A DNA stretch of 60,962 nt, filler included. It is 3 parts of 3 records of this genome, joined end to end, with 100 filler letters (N's around TTAATTAATTAA, not from the genome) between each part and the next. Parts side by side here need not be neighbours in the genome. Positions count along the whole stretch, not along the records: positions 32,148 to 60,962 come from SRR22947727_3291; 2 more parts are not named here. The stretch is one strand, 5' to 3'. Within the stretch, counting starts at the first letter, position 1, and each line of letters starts with the position of its first letter. Below are positions 32,616 through 43,254 of the stretch, piece by piece. Position numbers and translations under genes: made by a program. Below the pieces are notes generated by a model. That model had not been told where the DNA came from. It saw only the letters and a program-made list of their open reading frames with translations, and made no database searches.

Positions 32616-33302
32616 CTAAAGCGGGTGTCGCACTAACCACGCTGTCAGAGTCTCGACGAGACTATCGGCTTCGGAAAAGTCGGTAGTACGAGGGTCCGTT
32701 CCTATCACACCCCAGATTGGGCTTTTCTTGTCATGCCGATCGATTGCGTCCAGTGTTTTGTCAAGACTTGGAAGTTGTGACATGTCGACGGTTTCCGGCG
32801 CGATTGCATGCATTAAATTCGTCTCGAAGGCCCCTGCGTGATCCGGTTCAATATTCGCAGCCACACAGCGGTTTACTGCCGTGGCAATGATGTTGAGACG
32901 GTCGCTTTTGGCATTCCAATCCGCAGCGAAGCGGTCAATCATCACCAATTGTTCATCTGCAAAATGGCCGCTGAAAATGATCAACCGCTCAACTTGCATC
33001 GCGCAAAGGCGTTCGGCAGTTCGAGCTAACATGGCTTCAATTTCGGCGGAGTCTTCCATCATAATCGTCCATGGGTATGCACTATGTCCGCCACCTGTTC
33101 CGAAATAAAGTGGCGGCATGACAAGCCCGCCACCTTGGTCAGCAGCACGAAGGCACAGGCCGTGCGCCGTGAGGGCGTCCAGCCCGACGGGCAGATGTTC
33201 GCAATGCCATTCGATCGTGCCGAGTGGCATCCAGATAGTGGATTTTTCCGCCAAAGCGGTGCGAATTTGATGCGGGCGCAGGCGTTCAATTTGCCGTGTC
33301 AT
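32616..33302 (-). CDS. Creatininase-family amidohydrolase
   Basis: GTIEWHCEHLPVGLD, SGH and DHAGAFET metal-ligand motifs. Confidence 0.88.
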   Translation of the reverse strand: MTRQIERLRPHQIRTALAEKSTIWMPLGTIEWHCEHLPVGLDALTAHGLCLRAADQGGGLVMPPLYFGTGGGHSAYPWTIMMEDSAEIEAMLARTAERLCAMQVERLIIFSGHFADEQLVMIDRFAADWNAKSDRLNIIATAVNRCVAANIEPDHAGAFETNLMHAIAPETVDMSQLPSLDKTLDAIDRHDKKSPIWGVIGTDPRTTDFSEADSLVETLTAWLVRHPL

Positions 33303-34273
33303 GTGTAAAAATTCCTTGCCCAGGCGTGCTTTTCTAATCGTTCGAGCAGCGCATCCGGCAGGTGATTTCCGTCTGAATAGGCGATGTTCATATCGACCTC
33401 CTGCGGGGTTTTCATACCCGGAATCAAAACGCTAACGGCATCGTGCGACAAGACGTATCGCATTGCGGCTTCGGCGAGGGTCGGGAAGGCGTCGCCGAGT
33501 TCACCCTTAAGCGCATCAAGCCGCGTCAAGGTTTGCGCGAACCGATCTCCGCGAAACATTTCGTGTTGTTGTGATCCGGTTTCCCAAGTGGCGTAGCTGT
33601 CTTTAGTCCAGTGTCCAACCAGCGAACCGCTGTCCAAGGGCACCCGTGCGATGATCGCGGTGTCGCTGGCTTTGGCGGCTCCGAACAATGCGTCGCGGGG
33701 CTGCTGTTCGAACAGGTTAAAAATGACCTGTTGCGAGCTTACCAACCCAAGGTGCGCCAAGTCTACGCCTTCGCCAGGGCGATTGTCGCGCAGCGAAACG
33801 CCGATTTGGTCGATTTTGCCTTCCCGGCGCAAATCATTCAGGGTTTCAAGCCAGTCCAATTCCAGATGACCGTTTGGCGCCCAAGTGTGCAATTGAAACA
33901 GATCAAGTCGTTCCACGCCAAGGTGGCGCAGCGAGTTTTCGACGTTCTCGCGAAGATGCCAATCGGGGAAACGTCCGCGAAAAGCAGGTGCGTTGTCACT
34001 TGCGTTTGGCCAGACAGTTGGTTGGGCCTTAGTCGCGACATAAATCTTGTCGCCGTTCCATTCCCGCAGCGCCCGTCCAATTATTTTTTCGGAATGTCCC
34101 GCCCCATAGAGCTGCGCGGTATCCACGAAATTTATGCCACGTTCAAAGGCGTGTAGCAGTGTGTATACGGAGACGTCATCGTCAACCGGGCCCCAAGCGC
34201 CGCCAATTTGCCAGCCGCCGAAACCAATTTCCGACACCATCCAACCTGTGCGGCCAAAACCGCGATACTTCAT
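33299..34273 (-). CDS. Aldo/keto reductase
   Basis: GINFVDTAQLYG, VATK, LDLFQLH, LIPGMK; start reset to MKYRGFG. Confidence 0.92.
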   Translation of the reverse strand: MKYRGFGRTGWMVSEIGFGGWQIGGAWGPVDDDVSVYTLLHAFERGINFVDTAQLYGAGHSEKIIGRALREWNGDKIYVATKAQPTVWPNASDNAPAFRGRFPDWHLRENVENSLRHLGVERLDLFQLHTWAPNGHLELDWLETLNDLRREGKIDQIGVSLRDNRPGEGVDLAHLGLVSSQQVIFNLFEQQPRDALFGAAKASDTAIIARVPLDSGSLVGHWTKDSYATWETGSQQHEMFRGDRFAQTLTRLDALKGELGDAFPTLAEAAMRYVLSHDAVSVLIPGMKTPQEVDMNIAYSDGNHLPDALLERLEKHAWARNFYT

Positions 34274-34397
34274 GTGGGCAAGTTCGCTTTGATTTTGTTC
34301 ATCAGCGCCTCCTTGGGTGTGGCCGCCGCAGGTGTGCGGCACTAATTGCTTTTGGGCAAACCTATCGGTGCGGTCATGCTTTGTGCAGACACGAAGC

Positions 34398-34413
34398 TGA
34401 TGTGAAACAATCA
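34398..34413. promoter_or_regulatory. Putative LacI operator TGATGTGAAACAATCA upstream of the AKR-creatininase pair
   Basis: Imperfect 16-bp palindrome; related copies at 35497 and 55854. Confidence 0.6.
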
Positions 34414-35448
34414 GGGCGCTGGCGGGATGTTCTCTGGTCCATAAAGCACAATGGGGACGTTTGAGACATAAGGGCGCGCGACTGGTCTGCCTTCGTAACC
34501 AAAGTGATCCATTAGGACATCCAGAGAGAATTGGGCTTGGAGGCGCGGGTTTTGGTCTAGCGTGAGGGTCATTATCCCATCGCGAAGCATCTGGGTCGTA
34601 TATTGGGTAAGTTCATGGCCGACGAACAACGGGCGCTTATGGAGTACGTCGGCTTCGATTGCTGCCCGGACACCAAGATTGGCGCCTCCGACATTATATA
34701 TCGCGGCGATATCTGGACGCTCGCGGAATGCCGCAATGAGCTTTTCCCTTGACCGGTCACGTTCGTCCAAACCCTCAACGACACCAACAATCGTCAACTT
34801 TGGGGCATGTTCCGTCAGGTACTCCTTGAATCCGGCGATACGATCTGCGTGGGATTGGAAACCGAGGTGACTGCATAAAACCATGACAGGGCCACCAAGC
34901 GGCACCATGCGCGAGACGAAGTAGCCTGCGGTTCGTCCAGCGGTATGATGATTGGTTCCAGCATAGGCGAGTTGTTTAGAACCCGACAGGTCTGAGATAA
35001 TCGAGATCACAGGAATGTTTCGTTTGCCGACATCATCTATCGCATCGTGGATCACGGAATCGTTCTGGCCATAAGCAATCACCGCATCGCAATCCGTCGC
35101 CCTTATGGCTGCGGCGAGGGACTCAGGGGTTTCATGGGGCAGAGTGGTGATGTGAAGGCTTATGCGCCTGTCGATAGTTTTAGCAAGGTTCCGAAACTCC
35201 AACGCAATGCGGGCGAGAAGGGGTAGATCGGGACGTGCAAGGATCAGATTGAGTCGGATAAGTGGCTTGTAGGATGGCGGCAATTGACGGCGAAGTCCAA
35301 GCGCGCGGGCCGCGTCAATGACCTTGCGGCGGACGTCTTCGCTCACGTTGCCACGTTCATTTAACACGCGATCAACAGTGGCCGTGCCGACACCGGCACT
35401 ACGCGCAACGTCTTGTAATCTTGGTCGTGAGTCGCCCTTTTTGGCCAT
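34411..35448 (-). CDS. LacI-family regulator 1
   Basis: HTH LQDVARSAGVGTATVDRVLN plus a PBP-like effector domain. Confidence 0.93.
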   Translation of the reverse strand: MAKKGDSRPRLQDVARSAGVGTATVDRVLNERGNVSEDVRRKVIDAARALGLRRQLPPSYKPLIRLNLILARPDLPLLARIALEFRNLAKTIDRRISLHITTLPHETPESLAAAIRATDCDAVIAYGQNDSVIHDAIDDVGKRNIPVISIISDLSGSKQLAYAGTNHHTAGRTAGYFVSRMVPLGGPVMVLCSHLGFQSHADRIAGFKEYLTEHAPKLTIVGVVEGLDERDRSREKLIAAFRERPDIAAIYNVGGANLGVRAAIEADVLHKRPLFVGHELTQYTTQMLRDGIMTLTLDQNPRLQAQFSLDVLMDHFGYEGRPVARPYVSNVPIVLYGPENIPPAP

Positions 35449-35496
35449 TTCGCCCCCTAAACTTACGTTGCAAGGGAGCATAGAATTTTTTGCAGT

Positions 35497-35512
35497 TGAT
35501 GTAAATCAATCA
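35497..35512. promoter_or_regulatory. Putative LacI operator TGATGTAAATCAATCA in the divergent lacI-1/desaturase region
   Basis: Same motif as at 34398 and 55854. Confidence 0.6.
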
Positions 35513-35626
35513 GTTTCCGACATGCAACAAATTGGTCCAGCAGGCATGATGGCTCTAATCAACCGAATCGAGTTTCGATCTCTGGATCGGCACAAATTCA
35601 ATGTTCAGACTGTCAAGGGGATAGCG

Positions 35627-36640
35627 ATGGACGACTTAAAGAGCGGAACGCGGGACAAGCGCGGCAATTGGCGCCCCAATGACGCCATTGAAAACGCGCC
35701 GGTCTTTATCTGGCCCATTCGCCCGATGAAATTCCTGCGCTGGTTGCCAAGCTATTTCCTGCCGTGGAACCTGACTTTTTTTGCTATCAGCGTGGTGTTC
35801 TGGTTTCTGTTGACACCGTCCCGTGAGACACTCGAATCGGTTGAGTGGGGATGGGTGATTTACTTGTTTGTACGCAACTCCGCGATCGTGATCCTGTTTT
35901 ACGGGGCGCTAGAACTGCGATTGTATGTGAAGCGGCGTCAAGGGACACATTTCAAATACAACGGCAAGTTTCCGTCGGAACATCCGTCCGATGTATTCAT
36001 GTTCAAAAGCCAAAACGTGGACAACATCATCCGCACATTTGGCACCGGATTGCCGATTTGGACCGCCTATGAGGTCGGAATGCTGTGGGCCTGGGCCAAC
36101 GGCTGGGGGCCTTGGGCCACCTTTTCTGAACATCCGATTTGGTTGATTTGCTTTGGTCTGGTTCTTCCCATCCTGCACGAATTCCATTTCTATTGCATTC
36201 ATCGGCTGATCCATATTCCGGTGCTGTATAAGTGGATCCATTCGGTACACCACAATTCGGTAAACCCGTCGCCGTGGTCATCGTTATCAATGCACCCCGT
36301 TGAACATCTGCTGTACTGGTCTGGCAGCCTGATCCATCTGGTTTTACCATCGCACCCACTGCTCATGATCTATCACCTCAATATTGCGGGAACGGGAGCT
36401 GTGGTCGGGCATGTCGGCTTCGACATGATTGAGACAGGTGAGGATGGCGCGTTCGATACACATGCCTATGCCCACTACCTGCACCACAAGTACTTCGAAG
36501 TGAACTACGCCGATGGGATGATGCCATTGGATCGTTGGATGGGCACTTGGCATGACGGTTCGAAAACCGGTGACAAAATCATGCAAGATCGTTTTCGCAA
36601 GAAGAAAGAAAAAGCAAACGCGCGCAAAGGGGAGGCCTAA
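35627..36640 (+). CDS. Sterol desaturase / fatty-acid hydroxylase family di-iron membrane oxygenase
   Basis: His boxes HFYCIHRLIH, IHSVHH, MHPVE, GHVG, HYLHH, NY; start reset to ATG 35627 after AAGGGG. Confidence 0.9.
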   Translation: MDDLKSGTRDKRGNWRPNDAIENAPVFIWPIRPMKFLRWLPSYFLPWNLTFFAISVVFWFLLTPSRETLESVEWGWVIYLFVRNSAIVILFYGALELRLYVKRRQGTHFKYNGKFPSEHPSDVFMFKSQNVDNIIRTFGTGLPIWTAYEVGMLWAWANGWGPWATFSEHPIWLICFGLVLPILHEFHFYCIHRLIHIPVLYKWIHSVHHNSVNPSPWSSLSMHPVEHLLYWSGSLIHLVLPSHPLLMIYHLNIAGTGAVVGHVGFDMIETGEDGAFDTHAYAHYLHHKYFEVNYADGMMPLDRWMGTWHDGSKTGDKIMQDRFRKKKEKANARKGEA

Positions 36641-36756
36641 TGACCGTTGCTTACAAGTCTAGGTCGTACGCAGGTCGGACGTTCTAGCAAATGCCGGGTC
36701 CGATTGACCCACAACGAATGTCGTCAATTGTGACGGCGCAAAGGGAGGAAACTACA

Positions 36757-37734
36757 ATGAGTATCTTTAAGAATGTAATGGGGGCACTGCTGGCGACAGC
36801 TACGTTAGGCGTTGCACCGGTAATGGCTCAAGAAGGCGCAACCATCGCGATTATCGGTGGTCGTGCGGATGATGCGTTTTTCGCGAAAATTGGTCGTGGC
36901 ATTGATGATGCAACGCTTGTTGTCGAAGCCCATGGAGGCACCGTCAATTATTTGCAGTTGCAAACCTATGATAACATTGGTGGTGACGCTGCAAACCTTG
37001 TCCGAACAGCGATCAGCCAAGGTGTCGACATCATTGCGGTTCCAAATTGGGTTCCGGACGCGCAGGACGAGGCGATCGAGGCAGCTATGGCTGCGGGCAT
37101 TCCCGTTATGCTTTATAATGCTGGTGGCGGGGATAAGGCGGCAGAACTCGGCGCGATCAACTATATTGGCAACGAAGAATACCCTGCTGGCCTTGCTGGT
37201 GGTAAATACTTTGCCGAACATGGCGCGACGAACGTAATTTGTGTAAATACGGTGCCCGGTGCAGGTAACCTCGAAGCGCGCTGCGATGGCATCCGTGATG
37301 GGATGGCCGAGTCTGGTGGCGTTTCGGAACAGCTTCCGCTGCCAGCAAGCGCATTTGGAGATCCAACAGCGGTTGCCGAAGCGATCAAAGCGACATTGCT
37401 TGGCGATGAAACTATCGATGGTATCTTTACGATTTCCTCTGCGGATGCAGACAGTGCGTACATCGGGATGCAGCAGGCGGGACGGGTGGAAACCGTCGCC
37501 CTTGGTTCATTCGACATGAACGTGGCTGGCCTTGAGCGTATCCGTGACGGTGAACAGCTTTTTGCGATTGACCAGCAGCCCTGGTTGCAGGGCTTTCTGG
37601 CGGTGACGCTAGCCGATGGTTACGTGAACTATGGTCTAGCGATGGCGACGTCGCCGTTGCTGACAGGGCCGGGCATCGTGGATGCATCCAACATCGAAGC
37701 CACACTTAAGGGCGGAGAACTTGGCTATCGCTAA
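36757..37734 (+). CDS. Sugar/cyclitol ABC transporter substrate-binding protein 1
   Basis: Signal peptide; PBP type-1 motifs DDAFF, NLEARC, FAIDQQPWLQG; RBS GGAGG. Confidence 0.9.
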   Translation: MSIFKNVMGALLATATLGVAPVMAQEGATIAIIGGRADDAFFAKIGRGIDDATLVVEAHGGTVNYLQLQTYDNIGGDAANLVRTAISQGVDIIAVPNWVPDAQDEAIEAAMAAGIPVMLYNAGGGDKAAELGAINYIGNEEYPAGLAGGKYFAEHGATNVICVNTVPGAGNLEARCDGIRDGMAESGGVSEQLPLPASAFGDPTAVAEAIKATLLGDETIDGIFTISSADADSAYIGMQQAGRVETVALGSFDMNVAGLERIRDGEQLFAIDQQPWLQGFLAVTLADGYVNYGLAMATSPLLTGPGIVDASNIEATLKGGELGYR

Positions 37735-37747
37735 GACTGAATTTGTT

Positions 37748-37773
37748 CGGCCCGTAGACGTTTCTGCGGGCCG
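37748..37773 (+). terminator. Intercistronic hairpin after SBP gene 1 (attenuating or mRNA-stabilising)
   Basis: CGGCCCGTAGA-CGTT-TCTGCGGGCCG. Confidence 0.55.
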
Positions 37774-37838
37774 TTACATCGGCATGACCTAACGATATGG
37801 TTGCCACCAGCCACCGAACAAACACGGGGACATTTCCA

Positions 37839-38834
37839 ATGAGTCGTTTATCAATCGGCAGTCTATTTCGCCGACCAGAGGCCGGAGCCTTTCTGGGAAT
37901 GGTCGCAGTCATTGCCTTCTTTCTAATTTTCGGCGGCATAAATTTTTTGAAACCGTCCGGTATCGCGAGTTGGCTAAACGTTGCCGCCAACATTGGGATT
38001 ATTGCAATACCGGTCGGGTTGTTGATGATCGCAGGTGAATTAGACATTTCCATCGGGTCAATGATCCCCGCGGGGTCGATGATCGTGGCAATCATGTCCG
38101 GCCACTATGACTTCCCGATTTGGATGTCGATCATTGTGGTGCTCGGGTTTGGTGTAGTTGTCGGGTTTATCAACGGCTTTTTGGTCGTTCACACAGCCGT
38201 CCCGTCGTTGATTGTAACGCTTGGTACTTTGTTCGCAGTAGCGGGTCTCGTGCTTGGCCTATCGGTGCTGATCACAGGAACGACCAGCGTATCGATCAAG
38301 GCACCGGACTTTTACAAAGCCGTTTTCGGGCAATTTATTGGTGGTACCTATCAAGTTATCATCTTGTGGTGGTTTGCTGTGACAGTCGTTTATATTTTCT
38401 ACATCCACTATACAAAGTACGGCAATTGGATCTTCGCCATGGGAGGCGACCGTGAAAGCGCACGCAATGCCGGTATTCCGACCACGAAACTGACAATCAT
38501 CTTGTTCATCCTGTCGGCGTGTAGCGCGGCGTTCGTGGGCATGTGTCAGGCGCTGCTGTTCAACTCGGCGCAAGTGTCTGCGGGGATGTCTTATATCTTT
38601 AACGTGATCATTTCGGTGGTCGTCGGGGGCGTTGTCCTAACGGGTGGATTTGGGTCCGTCGTCGGGATCGTCTTTGGCACCATTACTTTTGCGGTGGTCA
38701 ATCAAGGCATCTATTTCACAAGTTTTGATCGAAACTGGTCAAGTTTGATTATCGGCGTGATGCTGTTGGCCGCCGTCCTGATGAACAACACCTTCCGCTC
38801 CATGGCGCTGTCTTATGCGCCAAAGAAGAAATGA
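37839..38834 (+). CDS. Sugar ABC transporter permease 1 (RbsC-like)
   Basis: [46 protein letters not shown]. Confidence 0.92.
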   Translation: MSRLSIGSLFRRPEAGAFLGMVAVIAFFLIFGGINFLKPSGIASWLNVAANIGIIAIPVGLLMIAGELDISIGSMIPAGSMIVAIMSGHYDFPIWMSIIVVLGFGVVVGFINGFLVVHTAVPSLIVTLGTLFAVAGLVLGLSVLITGTTSVSIKAPDFYKAVFGQFIGGTYQVIILWWFAVTVVYIFYIHYTKYGNWIFAMGGDRESARNAGIPTTKLTIILFILSACSAAFVGMCQALLFNSAQVSAGMSYIFNVIISVVVGGVVLTGGFGSVVGIVFGTITFAVVNQGIYFTSFDRNWSSLIIGVMLLAAVLMNNTFRSMALSYAPKKK

Positions 38835-38844
38835 GGGCCAACCG

Positions 38845-39633
38845 ATGACTTCTCCAGTTCTGGAACTCCGTAGTGTTGATAAATCCTTTGGGCCGATCGA
38901 CGTGCTGCATGATATTTCCCTCAAGATGAATGAAGGCGAGGTGCTTTGCCTGCTCGGGGATAACGGTGCGGGTAAATCAACGCTTATCAAGACGCTATGT
39001 GGTGTCCACAAGCCGACACGGGGTTCCATCCTTATGGATGGCGCGGAGGTGACATTCTCCACCCCGCGAGAGGCCCAAGATAAAGGCATCGCCACCGTGC
39101 ACCAATTTGGCGGCACATTTCCGTTGATGAGCATTGGGCGCAGTTTCTTCGTGGGTGTGGAGCCCACCAAAGGATGGGGTCCGTTCAAGATCTACGATCG
39201 CAAGAAAGCCAATAAGATCGCGGTCGAGGCTGTGCAGAACTTCGGCATCACGCGCGTCGATGACGGTGATCGTCTGATAGGCGGCTTGTCAGGTGGTGAA
39301 CGTCAGTCGCTGGCCATTGCCCGCGCGGTCCATTTCGGCGCGCGTGTTCTTATCCTTGATGAACCAACAGCCGCGCTCGGGGTCAAACAGGCCGCACACG
39401 TTCTTCGCATCGTGAACGAGGCAAAACGCCGGGGATTGGCCGTGATTTTCATCACTCACCAGGTCATGCATGCCATGGCAGTGGGCGATCATTTCGCAGT
39501 GTTGATCCGTGGCGCTATCGCTGCCGATTTCCGCAAAGGCGAACGGTCCCGCGAAGAGATCACCGACTTGATGGCGGGCGGCGAAACGATGGCAGATCTC
39601 GAAAGGCAAATCGAAGGCTATGCCGATGCTTAA
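38845..39633 (+). CDS. Sugar ABC transporter ATP-binding protein 1 (single NBD)
   Basis: [25 protein letters not shown]. Confidence 0.94.
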   Translation: MTSPVLELRSVDKSFGPIDVLHDISLKMNEGEVLCLLGDNGAGKSTLIKTLCGVHKPTRGSILMDGAEVTFSTPREAQDKGIATVHQFGGTFPLMSIGRSFFVGVEPTKGWGPFKIYDRKKANKIAVEAVQNFGITRVDDGDRLIGGLSGGERQSLAIARAVHFGARVLILDEPTAALGVKQAAHVLRIVNEAKRRGLAVIFITHQVMHAMAVGDHFAVLIRGAIAADFRKGERSREEITDLMAGGETMADLERQIEGYADA

Positions 39634-39755
39634 GCTAACAACACGACGCGTCGAGCTCCCAAGGTGTCGGTCGGGGAGCGCAGTCCAGTCCGGAGGTTGT
39701 CTCCCGGCCTCCCACTCTGAAAGGCGCTCCCCTCTTTATGATCTGGCAAACCTAA

Positions 39756-40760
39756 ATGATCGTTAGAATTGCAGTCATCGGCGCAGGATTGATGGGCGCG
39801 GACCACGCCAAGATCATTGCGGAGGATTTGCCGGGCGCGCAGTTGCAAATTGTGTGCGATATGGACGTCACCCGCGCACAAGGCTTGGCGGATCGCTATG
39901 GGGCGGTCGATGTTGCCATCGACCCGGACATCGTGATTGCCCGCGATGACGTGGATGCGGTAATCTTGGCCAGCCCGGATTTTACCCATGCGCCGCTGTC
40001 ATTGGCCTGCATCAAAGCGGGTAAGCGGGTGCTATGTGAAAAACCTTTGTCGCAGCTGCCGGGTGAATGTCTTGCTGTCATGGCCGCTGAACAGGCCTCA
40101 GGTGCGAAACATGTGATGTTAGGTTTCATGCGCCGTTATGATCAATCTTATATCGAGATGAAGCAGGCGCTTGACGGTGGCACTTTGGGTCGCGCTTTGA
40201 TGATGCACAATTTCCACCGCAACGTGGAAACGCCTGCCGCTGATTTCACGGGCGCCATGGCGATCACAAACTCTGCGCCGCACGAATTTGACGTGGTTCG
40301 CCATGTGCTGGGAACAGAATATGCGTCGATCACGGCCTTTCAGCCAAAGCGCTCTGACGCGCTGGTGGCCCCTGTCGTCATGGTTCTGGAAACCACAGAT
40401 GGCCAGCTGGTGACAATCGAGATCAACAACAATGCCGCCTACGGATACGACGTACGCGGCGAATTGGTGGGCGAGGCAGGCGCGATTGCAATGAACAGCG
40501 TGGCCTACACCCGCACTGACATGAAACTGTCAAGTTCCACCCGCTATGAATCCGATTGGCGAGGCCGTTATCATGCGGCTTATGTTCGCCAAAACCGCGA
40601 CTTTCTGGCCTATGTCGAAACGGGAAAATTCCCTGACATTGCATCGGATTGCTGGGATGGATACTGCGCCGCGATTGTAGCCCAAGCTGGCATTGAAGCC
40701 TTGGTTTCGGGTACGAAAACACAGGTCGTGATGGCCCCCAAACCGGAGTTTTACGCATGA
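39756..40760 (+). CDS. Gfo/Idh/MocA inositol dehydrogenase-like oxidoreductase
   Basis: VIGAGLMG, LCEKPL, GFMRRYD, YGYDVR. Confidence 0.9.
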   Translation: MIVRIAVIGAGLMGADHAKIIAEDLPGAQLQIVCDMDVTRAQGLADRYGAVDVAIDPDIVIARDDVDAVILASPDFTHAPLSLACIKAGKRVLCEKPLSQLPGECLAVMAAEQASGAKHVMLGFMRRYDQSYIEMKQALDGGTLGRALMMHNFHRNVETPAADFTGAMAITNSAPHEFDVVRHVLGTEYASITAFQPKRSDALVAPVVMVLETTDGQLVTIEINNNAAYGYDVRGELVGEAGAIAMNSVAYTRTDMKLSSSTRYESDWRGRYHAAYVRQNRDFLAYVETGKFPDIASDCWDGYCAAIVAQAGIEALVSGTKTQVVMAPKPEFYA

Positions 40761-41716
40761 AACTGGGCTTTGTGTCTGACAGCCTTGGTGGAATGTCTTT
40801 CACCGACATGCTCGATCATGCGCAGCGCGTGGGCGTTTCGGGGGTTGAGGTAAACACCTGCGGGTGGTCAACGGCGCCACATTTCGATCTAAAAGGACTG
40901 CTGGGCAACAAGACGGCCCAAGCCGCCTTTCAGAAAGAGTTTTCTGATCGCAACCTTGAGATCATCAGCCTGAATGCTAACGGAAATCCGCTGCATCCGA
41001 CTGACCCGACACATGGACAGGGGCTGCGCGACACCATCTGCGTCGCGGGTGAAATGGGCATCAAGACCGTTTGCACCATGTCGGGCCTACCAGCAGGGTC
41101 CGCCAATGATGCTATGCCCAACTGGATCGTTTCCTCTTGGCCACCTGAAACGCAAGATATTCTGCGCTTTCAATGGAACGAGAAACTGATCCCGTTTTGG
41201 ATCGAAATTGTTGCGCTGGCACAGGAAAACGGGGTCGAGAAGATTGCATTGGAAATGCATGGCAACCAATGCGTCTACAACGTGCCGTCGCTGTTGAAAC
41301 TGCGCGAAGCTGTAGGTCCGATTGTCGGCGCTAACCTTGATCCAAGCCACCTATTTTGGATGGGGGCTGATCCGTTGATTGCAGCGCAGGCATTAGGGCA
41401 TGCAATTTATCACGTGCATGCAAAAGACACGATGCTTAATGCACCTGTGCAGGCAACCACCAGCTTACTGGAGAATGGCTCTCTTATGGATGTTCCGGCC
41501 CGCAGCTGGTCTTATATCACGCTCGGGTTTGGCCACGGTGAAGAATGGTGGCGACAGTTCTGCTACCGACTCAAAATGGCAAATTACGATGGTTGGCTTT
41601 CGATCGAGCATGAAGACGTTTTGCTGAACTCGTTAGAAGGATTGGAGAAGTCCGTGACGCTTCTTCAAGGTGTTATGCCTGATCGCCCGGCAGATTATAG
41701 GCCACAGGACATTTGA
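40757..41716 (+). CDS. Sugar-phosphate isomerase/epimerase TIM-barrel protein (inosose isomerase/epimerase-like)
   Basis: LEMH, NLDPSH, HVHAKD and SIEHED metal motifs. Confidence 0.88.
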   Translation: MKLGFVSDSLGGMSFTDMLDHAQRVGVSGVEVNTCGWSTAPHFDLKGLLGNKTAQAAFQKEFSDRNLEIISLNANGNPLHPTDPTHGQGLRDTICVAGEMGIKTVCTMSGLPAGSANDAMPNWIVSSWPPETQDILRFQWNEKLIPFWIEIVALAQENGVEKIALEMHGNQCVYNVPSLLKLREAVGPIVGANLDPSHLFWMGADPLIAAQALGHAIYHVHAKDTMLNAPVQATTSLLENGSLMDVPARSWSYITLGFGHGEEWWRQFCYRLKMANYDGWLSIEHEDVLLNSLEGLEKSVTLLQGVMPDRPADYRPQDI

Positions 41717-41785
41717 GGCCCGGGCGTGCGCCTGAGTGAATTGCCCAAACAGGGCGGTTGTTAAACAAAAGAAAAGGAGCGAGTG

Positions 41786-42097
41786 ATGGCCCAATGGATC
41801 AATGCCTGCGCACAAAATGAAATCGACCAAGAAGACGTGATCCGTTTCGATCACGGGGAGCGCACGTTCATCATCGTTCGCGATCACGAGGATAATTATT
41901 ATTGCTCTGATGGGTTGTGTACCCATGAGGAAGTCCACCTGAGTGATGGCTTGGTCATTGAAGCCACCATTGAATGTCCCAAGCATTCGTCAATTTTTGA
42001 TTGCACTAACGGTGAGGTGGAAACGCCGCCCGCCTGCGAAAACTTGCATACCTATCCGACCAAGCTTGAGAACGGACGGGTCTTTGTCGAGATTTAA
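41786..42097 (+). CDS. MocE-family Rieske 2Fe-2S ferredoxin (copy 1)
   Basis: DGLCTHE and IECPKH; EDVIRFDH shared with the copy at 57089. Confidence 0.92.
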   Translation: MAQWINACAQNEIDQEDVIRFDHGERTFIIVRDHEDNYYCSDGLCTHEEVHLSDGLVIEATIECPKHSSIFDCTNGEVETPPACENLHTYPTKLENGRVFVEI

Positions 42098-42178
42098 GGC
42101 GGGGCTTTTGCGGCCTAGGGCCCCCCAAAAGACACATAATCTCGCTGGACTCGGTGTCGGCGCGCTTGTTAGAAAACT

Positions 42179-42196
42179 ATGACGTAAAAACGTCAT
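42179..42196. promoter_or_regulatory. Operator ATGACGTAAAAACGTCAT upstream of lacI-2
   Basis: 7-bp inverted arms; exact copy at 43237. Confidence 0.75.
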
Positions 42197-42205
42197 GGAG
42201 GCCAA

Positions 42206-43237
42206 ATGGCAAACAGACCGACGATCAAAGATGTGGCGCGAGAGGCAGGTGTCAGTCCGACAACCGTTGACCGAGCGCTGAGCGGGCGGTCGGTCGTACG
42301 CGAAGAAACGATGCGAAAAATTGCTGATGCGGCGCACAAAGTTGGCTACCACAGCAAGGGTATCTTTTTGAGCCGATTGGACAAGCCGTTGCCGGAATTA
42401 CGGCTTGGCTTTGTCCTACTTAAGAAGAGCCAGCAATTTTACAGTGATTTCGCCACCCACATCGAAGCGGCCATTTCAGAACGACATGATTACCGGATTA
42501 CCTCTGATATTAGGTTTTCGTCGTCCCAGTCACCGGATGAGTTTACCGATCTGTTGAAAACTCTGGGCCGCCGCTGCGATGCGCTCGCGTGCACTGCCGT
42601 GAACGACCCTCGGCTAAACCGCGTTGTGCAAGACTTGAAGGACAAGAATGTACCGGTCGTGTCCCTCCTCAATGATTTCGCGCAAGGGATCCGGAAGAAC
42701 TACATTGGCCTCAACAATATGAAAATCGGGCGGCTTGCTGGCTGGATGATAACGAAAACGGTGCATCAACCCGGGAAGCTTGCTATCTTTGTTGGCGGCA
42801 ACCGTTGGCATGGACACGATTTGCGTGAAGTAGGGTACCGCTCATTTGTAAGAGAAAGCGATCTCGGATTTACAGTCCTTGATACCCTCGTGAACCTCGA
42901 AACGAGGCAAGTTACATATGAAGCTATGCTGGACCTTTTGCAGCGTCATCCGGACCTGCGCGGCATCTATATAGCGGGCGGTGGCATGGAGGGTGCGATT
43001 GCTGCGGTGCGAGAGGTGCATTCCACCCCGAAGGTCGCGTTGATAGTCAACGAACTTACCGCCGAAAGTCGGGCTGGACTGATTGACGGCTATGTCACTA
43101 TGGTGATTTCTACGCCACTCAAAGAGCTTTGTAGGACTTTAATTGACCAAATGATTCAAGCCACTACCGAGGCGGACGATGGTGTGTCGGGGCAGATGTT
43201 TCTTGAACCCCGGATCGTGTTGCCGGAGTCATTTTAA
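42206..43237 (+). CDS. LacI-family regulator 2
   Basis: HTH IKDVAREAGVSPTTVDRAL; RBS GGAGG. Confidence 0.93.
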   Translation: MANRPTIKDVAREAGVSPTTVDRALSGRSVVREETMRKIADAAHKVGYHSKGIFLSRLDKPLPELRLGFVLLKKSQQFYSDFATHIEAAISERHDYRITSDIRFSSSQSPDEFTDLLKTLGRRCDALACTAVNDPRLNRVVQDLKDKNVPVVSLLNDFAQGIRKNYIGLNNMKIGRLAGWMITKTVHQPGKLAIFVGGNRWHGHDLREVGYRSFVRESDLGFTVLDTLVNLETRQVTYEAMLDLLQRHPDLRGIYIAGGGMEGAIAAVREVHSTPKVALIVNELTAESRAGLIDGYVTMVISTPLKELCRTLIDQMIQATTEADDGVSGQMFLEPRIVLPESF

Positions 43238-43254
43238 TGACGTAAAAACGTCAT
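43237..43254. promoter_or_regulatory. Operator ATGACGTAAAAACGTCAT upstream of the iol operon
   Basis: Exact copy of 42179-42196, followed by extra half-sites ACGTCAT (43271-43277) and ATGACG (43280-43285). Confidence 0.75.

Noticed and set aside
35318-35626. N-terminal extensions given by the ORF track (desaturase from 35318; also 44112, 46248, 55949, 34342, 14425)
   Set aside because: They overlap neighbouring genes or operators; downstream ATGs, mostly with a clear RBS, match the family N-termini
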